Positions 49,950-60,527 are shown, counted from the stretch's first letter. The stretch: 61,000 bases of DNA from Promethearchaeota archaeon (GCA_048938445.1 JBHLME010000007.1:1-61000), one strand, 5' to 3'. Notes: a model not told the origin generated them from the letters alone. Made by a program: numbers and translations.

Positions 49950-50063
49950 AGATCCTTTTTTTATAGAAATTTTAATATTAAAATTAAGTACAAAGATTTT
50001 TCTATGATGAAATAAGTTAAAATTAAACACAGTAGTTATGGTCAATTTAGGAGTTACCTTTTA

Positions 50064-51509
50064 ATGAAAATATATCTTATCAATCCCGCACCTTTAATAT
50101 TGCTCGATGGACAAAAGGAAACATTATTTTCAGCTTCTGCACCTCCATTAGGATTAATGTATATTGCAGCAAATTTAAAAGATGCGAGTCATGATGTCAT
50201 AATATTAGATCAAGCAGCTTTAAATTATAGCAATAGTGAAATAATACAATCGATAAATAAAGGAGATCCTGATGTAGTAGGTTTTTCAACAATATGCTCC
50301 TCCTTTGAAAATGCGAAACTAATATCAAAAGAAGTAAAAAACTTAAATCCAAACCTGAAAGTCATTTTTGGGAATTATCTTGCTACGTTTTATGCAAGGA
50401 AAATATTAGAAAATTATGATTGGATAGATTTTTGTGTTAGAGGTGAAGGTGAAATTACTTTCAATGAACTCATAGAGGTACTCGATAAAAATAAAGATCT
50501 TGATACGATTGATGGAATTACATTCAGGTTTAATGGTAAAATTAAAGAAAATAAAGATCGTAAACATGTTAAAAATCTCGATAACTTAACGTTTCCTGAT
50601 AGAAACTTGGTACAAATAGCATATAAAAATCGAATTGGTGGAATAGATCTTTCCAAACGCAAATTTACAACAATGGTTTCTTCTAGAGGTTGCCCATTTT
50701 CATGCACTTTTTGTGCTTGTTCAGCATTTACTCAAGGTATATGGAGAACTCGCTCTATTGACAATATTATTGAAGAACTATGTATGTTAGCAGATCAAGG
50801 TTATCGAGAAATCCTATTTGTTGATGATAATTTCACATTAAATAAAAAGAGAATTTTTGAATTTTGTGATAAAGTGAAAAAAGAAAATTTGGATATGGTA
50901 TATATTTGTGATGGAAGAGTCAATAATAGTTCTATTAATTTACTGAGAAAGATGAAACAATCAAATTTCGAGATTTTAATGTTTGGAATAGAAAGCAGTT
51001 CTCAAAGAATTTTAGATTCTTACAATAAAAGAATTACTCCTCAGATGAGTCAGATTGCTATAAAAAATGCCCGAAAAGCAGGTTTTAATGTTATTGTAGG
51101 TTCATTCATGATTGGTGGACTTGATGAGACGTATGAAGAAGCAATTAATACTCTTAAGTTTATATCAAAATTAGATATTGATTTTCCTCACATAATTTTT
51201 ACTCGTGCATTACCTGGGACTCAACTCTTTAATTATTTAATTCAAAATAATTTTATAGATGAGGATAAATACTGGGAAAGTGGAATAGATCTTATAGATT
51301 TACCAAATGCGAAAATGAAACGTGAAGTGATCTATAAAATAATAAAAGATCAATTTCATGTACATTTCTTTAGACCAAACTATTTAATTAAAGCATTTTT
51401 ACGAACAATAATAAGCAAATATCGACAAGAAATTATATTAAGTCATTTAAGTGTTAAAGAATTTGACAAATTTATAAAATTGATAAACAACCCCCCAGAT
51501 TTATTTTAA
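50064..51509 (+). CDS. Cobalamin-dependent radical SAM protein
   Basis: PPLGLMYIAA, RGEGE, FPDR, SRGCPFSCTFC, VDDNF, GIES, LPGT. Confidence 0.92.
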   Translation: MKIYLINPAPLILLDGQKETLFSASAPPLGLMYIAANLKDASHDVIILDQAALNYSNSEIIQSINKGDPDVVGFSTICSSFENAKLISKEVKNLNPNLKVIFGNYLATFYARKILENYDWIDFCVRGEGEITFNELIEVLDKNKDLDTIDGITFRFNGKIKENKDRKHVKNLDNLTFPDRNLVQIAYKNRIGGIDLSKRKFTTMVSSRGCPFSCTFCACSAFTQGIWRTRSIDNIIEELCMLADQGYREILFVDDNFTLNKKRIFEFCDKVKKENLDMVYICDGRVNNSSINLLRKMKQSNFEILMFGIESSSQRILDSYNKRITPQMSQIAIKNARKAGFNVIVGSFMIGGLDETYEEAINTLKFISKLDIDFPHIIFTRALPGTQLFNYLIQNNFIDEDKYWESGIDLIDLPNAKMKREVIYKIIKDQFHVHFFRPNYLIKAFLRTIISKYRQEIILSHLSVKEFDKFIKLINNPPDLF

Positions 51510-51536
51510 ATATGAGCTATTAGAGGTAAACTTCAA

Positions 51537-53042
51537 ATGAAAATTGCACTTATCAATCCTAGTTTGGAAACAAATATCTATACTCCATGGGTTCCACTAG
51601 GAATTTTATATTTAGGAACGATGTTAAAAGAAAATGGATTTAATGTTCAATTATTAGATGCTGGAGCAAAAAATTATGATAAATTTAAAGTTTTAAATTG
51701 GTTAAAACAAATTAAACCTGATATTGTTGGAATTTCTGTCTTTACAGTGGGATTTCTACCTTCTATCAATCTCATAAAAATTATTAAAGAATGGAATCCT
51801 TCTATTAAAATAGTATTAGGGCATTATCATTCGAGTATAGAAGCAGAAAACATAATTCGAAAATATGGTGACCTTGTTGACTATTGTGTGAGAGGAGAGG
51901 GAGAATATACCTTTTTAAAATTATGTGAATTCTTAGATAAGAAACATGATAAATTACCAAAGGAAATAAATGGTCTTGCCTTTCAAGATTTAAATAAGAA
52001 GATCATATTAACTCCAGAAGCACCTCTAATCACGGATTTAGATGCTCTACCTTTTCCAGATAGAACGTTAATTGACTATGATTATAAATGGAATTTTTCA
52101 GGATTTGAATTTTCAAAATCTAAACTTACATCAATAATATCTTCTAGAGGTTGTCCTTTTAATTGTTCTTATTGTGCATGTACAAAATTTGCGAAAAGAC
52201 GATTTCGCCCTAGGAGTCCCGAGAATATAATTGAAGAAATGTTGTTAATAGAAGAACAAGGATATACACAACTTAATTTTGTTGATGATAATTTTACATT
52301 AAAACCTAAAAGAACCATAAAGATCTGTGAATTAATTAAAAAAGAAAAAATTGATATTAATTGGCATACAGACGGTCGAGTTGACCAAACATCTCAAATT
52401 ATGTTGAAATGGATGAGAAAAGCCGGATGTAAATCCATATGGTATGGATTTGAAAGTGCAAATCAGCGAATTCTTGATATTTTTAATAAAAGAACTAAGG
52501 TTTCTCAATTTAATGAAGCAATTCGCAAAGCACGTAAAGCGAATATTGATCTTATTGTTGGATTATTTATGCTCGGGGCTCCAACTGAAACATTAGATGA
52601 AGTAAAAAATACAATAAAATTCGCAGTAAACTCTGACATTGATGTCCCATTTTTCAATGTTGTAGAGATTTTCTCAGGGACAAAATTTTGGGAGGATTAT
52701 TGTTCCAAAGGTATAATTAATTCAAATGATATTGTAAAAGCTAATGTAGGTAATGAAACTTATGAAGTTGAACGGTGGGAAACTACTACAAGAGTGATAG
52801 ATTTCTTGCTAACTCAAGAGGAACGAGATAAAATGCTCAATGAAATTCAAAATGCTTACCAATTATTTTTCTCTTTTGAGAGAAAGAAAATTTTCCTTTT
52901 AAAGATGTTATTCCGCACTATAAGAAGTAAATTCATGATAAATATGGCGCGTAATATAATCAAAAATCATAAAGATGCAATTAATGCAATAACAACATTT
53001 AGGAATTCAAAACCAAAAGGTTTTGGGGTATATGATGAATGA
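51537..53042 (+). CDS. Cobalamin-dependent radical SAM protein
   Basis: PLGILYL, RGEGE, FPDR, SRGCPFNCSYC, VDDNF, RVD, GFES, G.PTET. GAGGT precedes the start. Confidence 0.92.
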   Translation: MKIALINPSLETNIYTPWVPLGILYLGTMLKENGFNVQLLDAGAKNYDKFKVLNWLKQIKPDIVGISVFTVGFLPSINLIKIIKEWNPSIKIVLGHYHSSIEAENIIRKYGDLVDYCVRGEGEYTFLKLCEFLDKKHDKLPKEINGLAFQDLNKKIILTPEAPLITDLDALPFPDRTLIDYDYKWNFSGFEFSKSKLTSIISSRGCPFNCSYCACTKFAKRRFRPRSPENIIEEMLLIEEQGYTQLNFVDDNFTLKPKRTIKICELIKKEKIDINWHTDGRVDQTSQIMLKWMRKAGCKSIWYGFESANQRILDIFNKRTKVSQFNEAIRKARKANIDLIVGLFMLGAPTETLDEVKNTIKFAVNSDIDVPFFNVVEIFSGTKFWEDYCSKGIINSNDIVKANVGNETYEVERWETTTRVIDFLLTQEERDKMLNEIQNAYQLFFSFERKKIFLLKMLFRTIRSKFMINMARNIIKNHKDAINAITTFRNSKPKGFGVYDE

Positions 53043-53129
53043 AAGCGGGATATATAGTGTCTCTTTAAAGTTTTTAAATAAAAAATTGATGATATAAATT
53101 TAAAATTTAATAATTAAAAGTGAAAATAT

Positions 53130-54569
53130 GTGAAAATCGCTTTAATTCTTCCAGTTCCAATGGATTTAAACAGAGAAGATCCTCGACCAATGTTTTCGAG
53201 TTTTGCTGAACCTTTAGGATTATTATATATCGCAGGCGTGTTGATAAATGATGGGTACGATGTTTCAATATTGGATCACGGTGCTACAAATTATACTTTT
53301 TCACAAGTGTTAAATTGGATTAAAAACCAGGATCCAGATGTTTTAGGCATTTCAGTCTTAACCCGATCTTTTCTCTCTGGAATTAAAATAGCACAATTAG
53401 CAAAAGAATGGAATCCAAACATCTCTATAATTTTAGGGAACTTTCAAACTGTATGTGCTGAAAGAATCTTAAAAAAATATGATTTTATTGATTTTTGTGT
53501 GAGAGGTGAGGGGGAACATACTTTAAGAGAATTATTACCATTAATTCAAAATAATAATACTAATTATGAAGATATAAAAGGGATATTTTATCGAAAAAAT
53601 GGAATAATTAAATCTACATCTCCTCGAGAATTAGAAAAAGATATTGATAAGTTTCCGATCCCTGATAGAAAAATGCTCAAAAATAACAAATATAAGATGT
53701 CAATGGGAGGAATAGATATCTCCAATGACAAATCTGGAACTATAATTATGAGTAGAGGATGTTCTTTTCAATGCAGATTTTGTTCAGTAAACCAAAGGAG
53801 TTGGCGTCATCGATCAGCACAAAATATAATCCAAGAGCTAGAAATTTTGGAGTCTGAAGGATATAGGGAAATAATGATAATGGATGATAATTTCACAATA
53901 AATCCTAAATGGGTAAAAGAGATATGCACGCATATTGTAAAAGAAAAAATCGATCTAAATTTTCACTGTGAAGCGAGAGTTGAGGGAACTAAAGAAATGT
54001 ATGATTACATGAATAGAGCTAATTTTAAAACGGTCTTCTATGGTATGGAAAGTGGAAGTCAACGAATATTAGATTATTACAATAAAAATATAACACTTTC
54101 TCAGTGTAAATTAGCCCTAAAAAAAGCAAGAAAAGCAGGAATTGACATGCTAATGTCATCTTTTATTATTGGCTCACCTATCGAGACAATAAATGATATT
54201 CAAACAACAATTAAATTTGCCCTGAATTTAGACATTGATTATGCTATGTTTCATGTTTTTGAGGTATTTCCGGGTATAAAAATCTGGGATGAATTAGTAG
54301 AACAAAATAAATTAGATGAAAATAAATATTGGGAAACTGGTGTGAGAGTCCCCGAACTTCCATTTTATAATATCGATTTGGATTTCTTAACAAATGTAAT
54401 TAAAAGAACCTATAGAAAATTTTACTCTTTATCAAGACCAAATTTTATATTAAAACAAATCTCGAGGACATTTAAGAGTAGCTATCGTCGTGATAAAATA
54501 TTGAATTTAGCTAAAGATTTTAGATCCGCATTTAGAATGCTAGATTCACTAAGCGAAAAAAGATTCTAA
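53130..54569 (+). CDS. Cobalamin-dependent radical SAM protein
   Basis: EPLGLLYIA, RGEGE, PDR, SRGCSFQCRFC, DDNF, GMESGS, GSPIET, FPG. Confidence 0.92.
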   Translation: MKIALILPVPMDLNREDPRPMFSSFAEPLGLLYIAGVLINDGYDVSILDHGATNYTFSQVLNWIKNQDPDVLGISVLTRSFLSGIKIAQLAKEWNPNISIILGNFQTVCAERILKKYDFIDFCVRGEGEHTLRELLPLIQNNNTNYEDIKGIFYRKNGIIKSTSPRELEKDIDKFPIPDRKMLKNNKYKMSMGGIDISNDKSGTIIMSRGCSFQCRFCSVNQRSWRHRSAQNIIQELEILESEGYREIMIMDDNFTINPKWVKEICTHIVKEKIDLNFHCEARVEGTKEMYDYMNRANFKTVFYGMESGSQRILDYYNKNITLSQCKLALKKARKAGIDMLMSSFIIGSPIETINDIQTTIKFALNLDIDYAMFHVFEVFPGIKIWDELVEQNKLDENKYWETGVRVPELPFYNIDLDFLTNVIKRTYRKFYSLSRPNFILKQISRTFKSSYRRDKILNLAKDFRSAFRMLDSLSEKRF

Positions 54570-54717
54570 TCGTTTTTCTTTAATTATTTGACATTTATAT
54601 TTAATTTTTCTCTCTAATTAATATTTTTATCTCAACAATGGCAAGAATCTTTATCAAATAATAAATAAAAAATAGATATTTTGTAATAAGATTAAAAAGT
54701 ATTAATCAAGGAAAATA

Positions 54718-55311
54718 CTACCAAAAATATGGGGAAAAAAGATTCAAATTTACAATTCCATATATGATTAAAGGTCCTATAATCGCAGATAGTCCTAAAG
54801 CTATGCAATTGAATATAATACTTAAAATACTAAAAACATTTCCTACTTTTTGAACAGTATTTTCTGTTTCAGATTTTCCTTTTGAAGCATTTACTTTTGC
54901 TATAATACTAAACGTTAATCCTAATCCATATAATATCAATGTGGGAATTAAACCTGTATACCTCATGCTCGAAGGGGTAAATAAAGGGAATCCAGACATG
55001 CCAAGATTGCTTAAGAATGATAAAAATAGTACTCCTGAACTGACTATAAGACCCGCTACTAACAATCCTAAGGATATAAGTGAAAAAATTAAACCTTTTT
55101 TAGAATATGGACCTATTGCTGAAGGTTTTGATTGATAGGATGGGATTGTTGAACCTGGTTGTGTTGTACTTGGTTGAGTAGTTGATATTTGGGGTGACCT
55201 CGATTGAGTTGCTTGATCATTCACCTGAGGAGTTGAAATTTGACTTCCACACATAGGGCAATAAATTACATCTGAACCAAGATCAGATGTACCACAATTT
55301 GGACAATACAT
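54718..55311 (-). CDS. Zinc-ribbon + 3TM membrane protein (divergent member of the downstream array family)
   Basis: YCPNCG...YCPMCG, S/T/Q/P linker, IGPYSKKGL.F and E..N.VQKVG echo the array motifs. Confidence 0.8.
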   Translation of the reverse strand: MYCPNCGTSDLGSDVIYCPMCGSQISTPQVNDQATQSRSPQISTTQPSTTQPGSTIPSYQSKPSAIGPYSKKGLIFSLISLGLLVAGLIVSSGVLFLSFLSNLGMSGFPLFTPSSMRYTGLIPTLILYGLGLTFSIIAKVNASKGKSETENTVQKVGNVFSILSIIFNCIALGLSAIIGPLIIYGIVNLNLFSPYFW

Positions 55312-55486
55312 AAATTTTCATCATTTTTTATAATTCTATATAACTCTAACTATTAAAAGAAAATACGATTATTTAAGAGTATTCCTTGATTAAAATTGAT
55401 TTGAATAATTATTAAATAATTGAATTTAATATTTTTATAAATTAAAAAAAAATAATGGGATTTAAAGATATTGATTTAATATTAGA

Positions 55487-56722
55487 TTATATCCAAGTTA
55501 CTAAAGAGGAGCATCCAAGTCCTTCTTTTTTTTCATATCTTCCTAAAACTCTAAACGTTGATCCTTCATACCCACATTCGGGACATTTATTTTTGGAGAT
55601 TAATTCAACGCGATCATCAACACCAACCGCATGTTTTACGGAAGCATTAGATCCGAAGGGTGTTAACACTTCTAAAAAGCCTCTATCTCCTTCTTTTGTT
55701 AATGGTTCTAAGGTATCAATATCTCTCACTAAAATTCGTGCATATGGTGGACAATGGAATACAAAATCTTCATGTTTATCTGACCAATGGCTTCCAAATA
55801 GAATAGGACATTCAGTAAAACTGTACATATCCACAACTCGATTTCTTTCAACTCCAAATAATTCAGAGATTTTTGAAACGAAATATGATTTGGGTATAGG
55901 ATTATATTTTAACTGTGCTTTATGTCCATCCCATCCGCCCCCACCGATTACTACATCAAATCTATCCCCCAAATTGTATTGAATATTATTATCTTCCATG
56001 TATTTCAAAAATTGGAGAATTAAAAGATTGCTCCCCCCCATTGCAGCATATTTTTTCTTTTCTTCCATGGCTTTAAGATTCTTATTTATATATTCTAAAA
56101 ACCGTGATTGTTTGATATAAAAACCTCCTACAATCTTTCCTGTTTTAATAATAGCTTTTAAAGCCTTTAGAATTGAAAAAGTAAATAAATAATCATTTTC
56201 GACCATTGATTCCGCTGCCGTGTAATAGTTTCCACTATAAGCAATTATGGGTCGTTGTTTAGTATATCTCATGCATAGTCTATTTAACATTTTTGGACTT
56301 GGAGAAAATAAGTGAACTCTAGCATTATCCCAATCTCTTGGAATAAAATCTAAAAAGGCTTTTCTTGACATTTCAAGTAAAAAATCCATGTCTTGTTGAT
56401 TAGTTCCAACTAAAGAAGGATCACCGTTGGTTGTAGACGAGCAATTCCAATGTAAGATTTGATCTTCTGGAATTTTTAGTAGTTTTTTATATAAATTCCC
56501 ACTTTCTTTATATGATACTGCTGGAATATAGGGTATTGTTTCTATATCTTTAATGGTATTAAGGTTATCGACTTGGTATCCTTGTTTATTAGCAAGTTCT
56601 CTATATACTGAATTTTTATCTATGGTGTCTGTTATAATTTCACGCATTAGATTAACGAATTCAATATCTTGATAGTTTTTGCTGAGAGCATCAACTATTT
56701 GATTTTGTGTAATTTCTAACAT
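55487..56722 (-). CDS. LuxE-like acyl-protein synthetase, paralog of 48648-49949
   Basis: IPYIP, CSSTTNGDPS, GGGGWDG, DMYSFTE, HWS, ILVRD, GFLEVLTP.G, KCPECGY.G.TFR.LGR, GCSSL. Confidence 0.8.
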   Translation of the reverse strand: MLEITQNQIVDALSKNYQDIEFVNLMREIITDTIDKNSVYRELANKQGYQVDNLNTIKDIETIPYIPAVSYKESGNLYKKLLKIPEDQILHWNCSSTTNGDPSLVGTNQQDMDFLLEMSRKAFLDFIPRDWDNARVHLFSPSPKMLNRLCMRYTKQRPIIAYSGNYYTAAESMVENDYLFTFSILKALKAIIKTGKIVGGFYIKQSRFLEYINKNLKAMEEKKKYAAMGGSNLLILQFLKYMEDNNIQYNLGDRFDVVIGGGGWDGHKAQLKYNPIPKSYFVSKISELFGVERNRVVDMYSFTECPILFGSHWSDKHEDFVFHCPPYARILVRDIDTLEPLTKEGDRGFLEVLTPFGSNASVKHAVGVDDRVELISKNKCPECGYEGSTFRVLGRYEKKEGLGCSSLVTWI

Positions 56723-56953
56723 GTTTTTTATCCCTATTTAAATTTATCTTTTAATGTTTAGGTTATATTCACAATAGTTTTAATACTTACTGATAAAATC
56801 TATGTTCTTGATAAAACTAGAATATATTTGGTATTTAATACAATATTGATTTTTAATTCAATATAAATGTTTTTGAAAACTCAAAAAAATTTTTTAAAAA
56901 TAATATAGTGTGTGGTTACATTAATCGAGATTTAGTAATAATATGGATAAAGT

Positions 56954-57505
56954 CTATATATACCTATATATGCCAGTAAACATTAGAGTATCATATAAAG
57001 CTATATTCCCTATTACTATTGAAACAAATATAATCCCAATAAGCCCCATTACACTTCCCATTTTTTGCATTTTGTTGGTTGATTCAAGCTTTTCTGCTTT
57101 ATTACCATTTGACCTAGCTAAAATACCAAAAACTAATCCAAATACAATTGATACCAACAAGCTTATACCTATTAAGAAAACTATTACAAAATCATACATA
57201 TATATTGAAAAATTTATTGGACTAGGACCAGAATAATAGATATTTACGAAAGTTGAAGAAATTAAGGAAGTTATCCCGAAAGCCAAACTTCTTTTTGAAT
57301 GTATTCCTATTTTCCTTGGAATAGTTGATTTTAGTTGATATCCTGAATCTCGTTTTGGAATCTGCGAACTAGATTGAGTATTCATAATTGTTAGCTGCGA
57401 ACCTGATTGAGAAGTAGTAGTGGTTGTCTTATTTACAGTTCCACATTTTTGACAAAATCTTTGATTTATTTCAATAAATTTCGTGCCACATTTATCGCAA
57501 AACAT
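56954..57505 (-). CDS. Zinc-ribbon + 3TM membrane protein, array copy 1
   Basis: MFCDKCG...FCQKCG, IGIHSKRSLAFGITS, FGILARSNGNKAE, MQK.G.VMGL.GII. Confidence 0.88.
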   Translation of the reverse strand: MFCDKCGTKFIEINQRFCQKCGTVNKTTTTTSQSGSQLTIMNTQSSSQIPKRDSGYQLKSTIPRKIGIHSKRSLAFGITSLISSTFVNIYYSGPSPINFSIYMYDFVIVFLIGISLLVSIVFGLVFGILARSNGNKAEKLESTNKMQKMGSVMGLIGIIFVSIVIGNIALYDTLMFTGIYRYI

Positions 57506-57658
57506 GTAATTTTCACCTTTTATTATTATTGTTAAGTAAATTAAATCTAATTATATTTAAAAATGCATTTTTGGTATGAATTTGAGATTATTTTTTTTGT
57601 TAATATTCCTAAGTTATTAAATAAAAAAAGAAAATATATTTTGTATAATATTGAATAT

Positions 57659-58228
57659 TTAAAAGAATGGAGATGGATAACCTGTTAGAAAGTAGTAAGC
57701 ACTAGATAATACACCAAATAAAACAATGGTACCTATTATTAATGAAACAATTATAATTCCGATAAGCCCCGTTATCTTTCCCGCTTTTTGCATTCCATTA
57801 CTTGATTCGAATGATTCCGCTTTATTACCATTTGACCTCGCTAAAATACCAAAGACCAATCCTACAACTATTAATGCCACTATAGGGATATATGTAAAAA
57901 TAGTCGTGGAAATAGTTACACCAGTAAAATATGACGAAAAGCTAATTGGAAACAAATAAAATAAACTAACAATAGTAGAAGAACCTAAGGAGGTTATCCC
58001 AAAAGCCAAGCTTCTTTTTGAATGCATTCCAATTTTTCTTGAAATAGGTAGCTTTTGTTGATCTACTGAAACTTGTTCTGTGTTTTGCTCACTAGATTGA
58101 GTACTCATTATTGTTAGCTGTGAACCGGATTGGGATGTAGTAGCGGTCATCTTAACTATAGCTCCACATTTTTGGCAAAATTTTTGATCTGGTTCTAATA
58201 AGTCCGCACCACATTTATCGCATGGCAT
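57659..58228 (-). CDS. Zinc-ribbon + 3TM membrane protein, array copy 2
   Basis: Same conserved motifs as copy 1. Confidence 0.88.
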   Translation of the reverse strand: MPCDKCGADLLEPDQKFCQKCGAIVKMTATTSQSGSQLTIMSTQSSEQNTEQVSVDQQKLPISRKIGMHSKRSLAFGITSLGSSTIVSLFYLFPISFSSYFTGVTISTTIFTYIPIVALIVVGLVFGILARSNGNKAESFESSNGMQKAGKITGLIGIIIVSLIIGTIVLFGVLSSAYYFLTGYPSPFF

Positions 58229-58380
58229 AAAATTTTCAACTTTTAATTTTGTAATTAAGTACTTTAATCATTATCAATTTAAAAATACATTTATGTCAAA
58301 AATCTAAGATATACTTACTTTTTTAAATTCCTAATGTCTTATGAAAAAAAATGGAAATGAATGTTATAATGTAGATTTTA

Positions 58381-58965
58381 TTAATAAATTGGATAATAAT
58401 ATGGATAAGGTCTAAGTATATAGAACGCAAGACTTAAGACAGATAATAAAACAATGGTTCCTACTATTAATGAAAACATTATGATTCCGAGAAGCCCCAT
58501 GACTTTTCCCGCTTTTTGCGTTCTATTACTCGATTCGAATAGTTCCGCTTTATTACCATTTGACCTCGCCAAAATGCCAAAAACTAATCCCATGACTAAT
58601 AATACCAAGAGAGCTATAGAAAAAATAATAGATATTAAATTTCTTATACTCGACGACATGTACATGGGGGTAACGATGGTAAATGGATACATTAAATCAT
58701 AAACAACAAAAGAACAAGATCCAAAGGAAGTTATTCCGAAAGCCAAGCTTCTTTTTGAGTGAATTCCAATTTTTCCAGGAATAGATCGTTTTTGTTGATA
58801 TCCAGAAACTTGTTTTGGAATTTGCGAACTTGATTGAGTACTCATTACTGTTAGCTGAGAACCTGATTGATATGTAGTAGCAGTCGTCTTAGTGATAGCT
58901 CCACATTTTTGACAAAATTTTTGATCTAATTCTATAAATTTGGTGCCACATTTATCGCAAAACAT
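58381..58965 (-). CDS. Zinc-ribbon + 3TM membrane protein, array copy 3
   Basis: Same conserved motifs as copy 1. Confidence 0.88.
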   Translation of the reverse strand: MFCDKCGTKFIELDQKFCQKCGAITKTTATTYQSGSQLTVMSTQSSSQIPKQVSGYQQKRSIPGKIGIHSKRSLAFGITSFGSCSFVVYDLMYPFTIVTPMYMSSSIRNLISIIFSIALLVLLVMGLVFGILARSNGNKAELFESSNRTQKAGKVMGLLGIIMFSLIVGTIVLLSVLSLAFYILRPYPYYYPIY

Positions 58966-59139
58966 GTAATTTTCATCTTTAAATTTTTAGTTAATTATTT
59001 TAATCATATTTTAATTAAAAATATTCTCAAAACCAAAATTAAAAACTAAATCTAATTCAAGTTCCTAGTGTCTTATAACAAAAAGAATTTGAATATAATA
59101 GGAATATCGTGGAACTTATTAAAAAGATGGAGGTCTCCT

Positions 59140-59661
59140 CTAATAATAAAAACCAATTATGTGGAACATAATTGTTAACACAAATCCTAATGCCCCAAAT
59201 ATTATTCCAATAAGCCCCATTATTTTTCCCGCTTTTTGAAATTTATTGCTTGCTTCAAATTCTTCTGCTTCATTACCATATGACTTGGCAAATATACCAC
59301 ATGTTAATCCTACTAAAGAAAAAATTACCTGAGATATTATTTGAATATATTGTGGATAGTAATAATATGAAGGATAAACAACAACACTAGATAAATATAA
59401 TCCAATTCCGCTAAGTACTAAAGATACTATTCCAAAAACAAAGCTTCTTTTTGAATGTATTCCAATTTTTCTTGGAATAGGAGTTATTTTCTGATCTTCA
59501 GGAATTTGTTTTGATACTTGCGAACTTGATGGATTAATCAATAGTGATGACTGTGAACTAGATTGACTTACAGTAGAGGTCGTTTTAATTATAGTTCCAC
59601 ATTTTTGACAAAATTTTTGATCTGTTTCAATAAATTTCGTGCCACATTTATCGCAAAAAAT
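59140..59661 (-). CDS. Zinc-ribbon + 3TM membrane protein, array copy 4, start codon changed ATG->ATT
   Basis: The frame stays open 40 codons upstream of the tracked start (59541) and reads IFCDKCGTKFIETDQKFCQKCG. ATT sits where the paralogs have ATG. Confidence 0.75.
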   Translation of the reverse strand: MFCDKCGTKFIETDQKFCQKCGTIIKTTSTVSQSSSQSSLLINPSSSQVSKQIPEDQKITPIPRKIGIHSKRSFVFGIVSLVLSGIGLYLSSVVVYPSYYYYPQYIQIISQVIFSLVGLTCGIFAKSYGNEAEEFEASNKFQKAGKIMGLIGIIFGALGFVLTIMFHIIGFYY

Positions 59662-59832
59662 GTAATTTTCATCTTCTAATTTTTAATTAAATAACTTAAT
59701 CATGATATAAATAAAAATACTTTTATGTCAAAAATTTGATATTAGTATTTATTTTTAAAATTCTTATTCTATAATTTAAGAAAGAAAATACAGAAAATAA
59801 TGGAATTATTATAGAATTCATTATTTATACGG

Positions 59833-60372
59833 TTAAACAATAGATCGGAAAATGGTGTAATCTAATCTAAGTACATCGAATAATACCATATTTCCAATCC
59901 CTAATGCGCTAAAAATAATTCCTAAAAGACCCATTACCTTTCCTGCTTTTTGCATTTCATTATGTGGTTCGAACACTTCCGCCTTATTGCCGTTTGATCT
60001 AGCTAAAATACCGAAGACCAATGCAGCAACAATAAATAAAGCCTTGATAATTAATTGGATGAAAAATGGAAAATAGGTAGAAAAATATAGTGAATTCATG
60101 CCCATTATCCCCCCAACTAAATTAAGTCCTAAAGAAGTTATCCCAAAAGCAAGACTTCTTTTTGAATGTATTCCAATTTTTCTTGAAATAGATGTTTTTT
60201 GCTGATCTCCAGAAATATGTTTTGGAACTTGCGGACTTGATTGTGTATTCATTATTTTTAGCTGTGAATCAGATTGAGATATAGTAGAGGGCTTCTTGGT
60301 AATAGCTCCACAATTCTGACACAATTCTTGATTAGATTCTATTAATTTCGTGCCACATTTATTACAAAACAT
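59833..60372 (-). CDS. Zinc-ribbon + 3TM membrane protein, array copy 5
   Basis: MFCNKCG...LCQNCG and the same conserved TM motifs. Confidence 0.88.
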   Translation of the reverse strand: MFCNKCGTKLIESNQELCQNCGAITKKPSTISQSDSQLKIMNTQSSPQVPKHISGDQQKTSISRKIGIHSKRSLAFGITSLGLNLVGGIMGMNSLYFSTYFPFFIQLIIKALFIVAALVFGILARSNGNKAEVFEPHNEMQKAGKVMGLLGIIFSALGIGNMVLFDVLRLDYTIFRSIV

Positions 60373-60527
60373 GCAATATTTATCTTTCTTTTTTAGTTAA
60401 GTAATTAAATCCCATTCTATAAAAATATTTTATGATAAAATTTGGAGCTTCTTTTCAAACATCCTAATGATTTATAACAATAAAAAAAGATTTTTCTATT
60501 TAATTTTTTTTTTGAAAATGGATAGTA

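Noticed and set aside
817-55135. Numerous 60-112 aa ORFs overlapping longer genes
   Set aside because: They are antisense or alternate-frame shadows of well-supported CDSs.
55455-55982. 175-aa plus-strand ORF
   Set aside because: Antisense shadow of the motif-rich LuxE-like gene; no recognisable motifs.
48648-56722. Bioluminescence (lux) operon
   Set aside because: No luxA/B, luxC or luxD homologs in the window.
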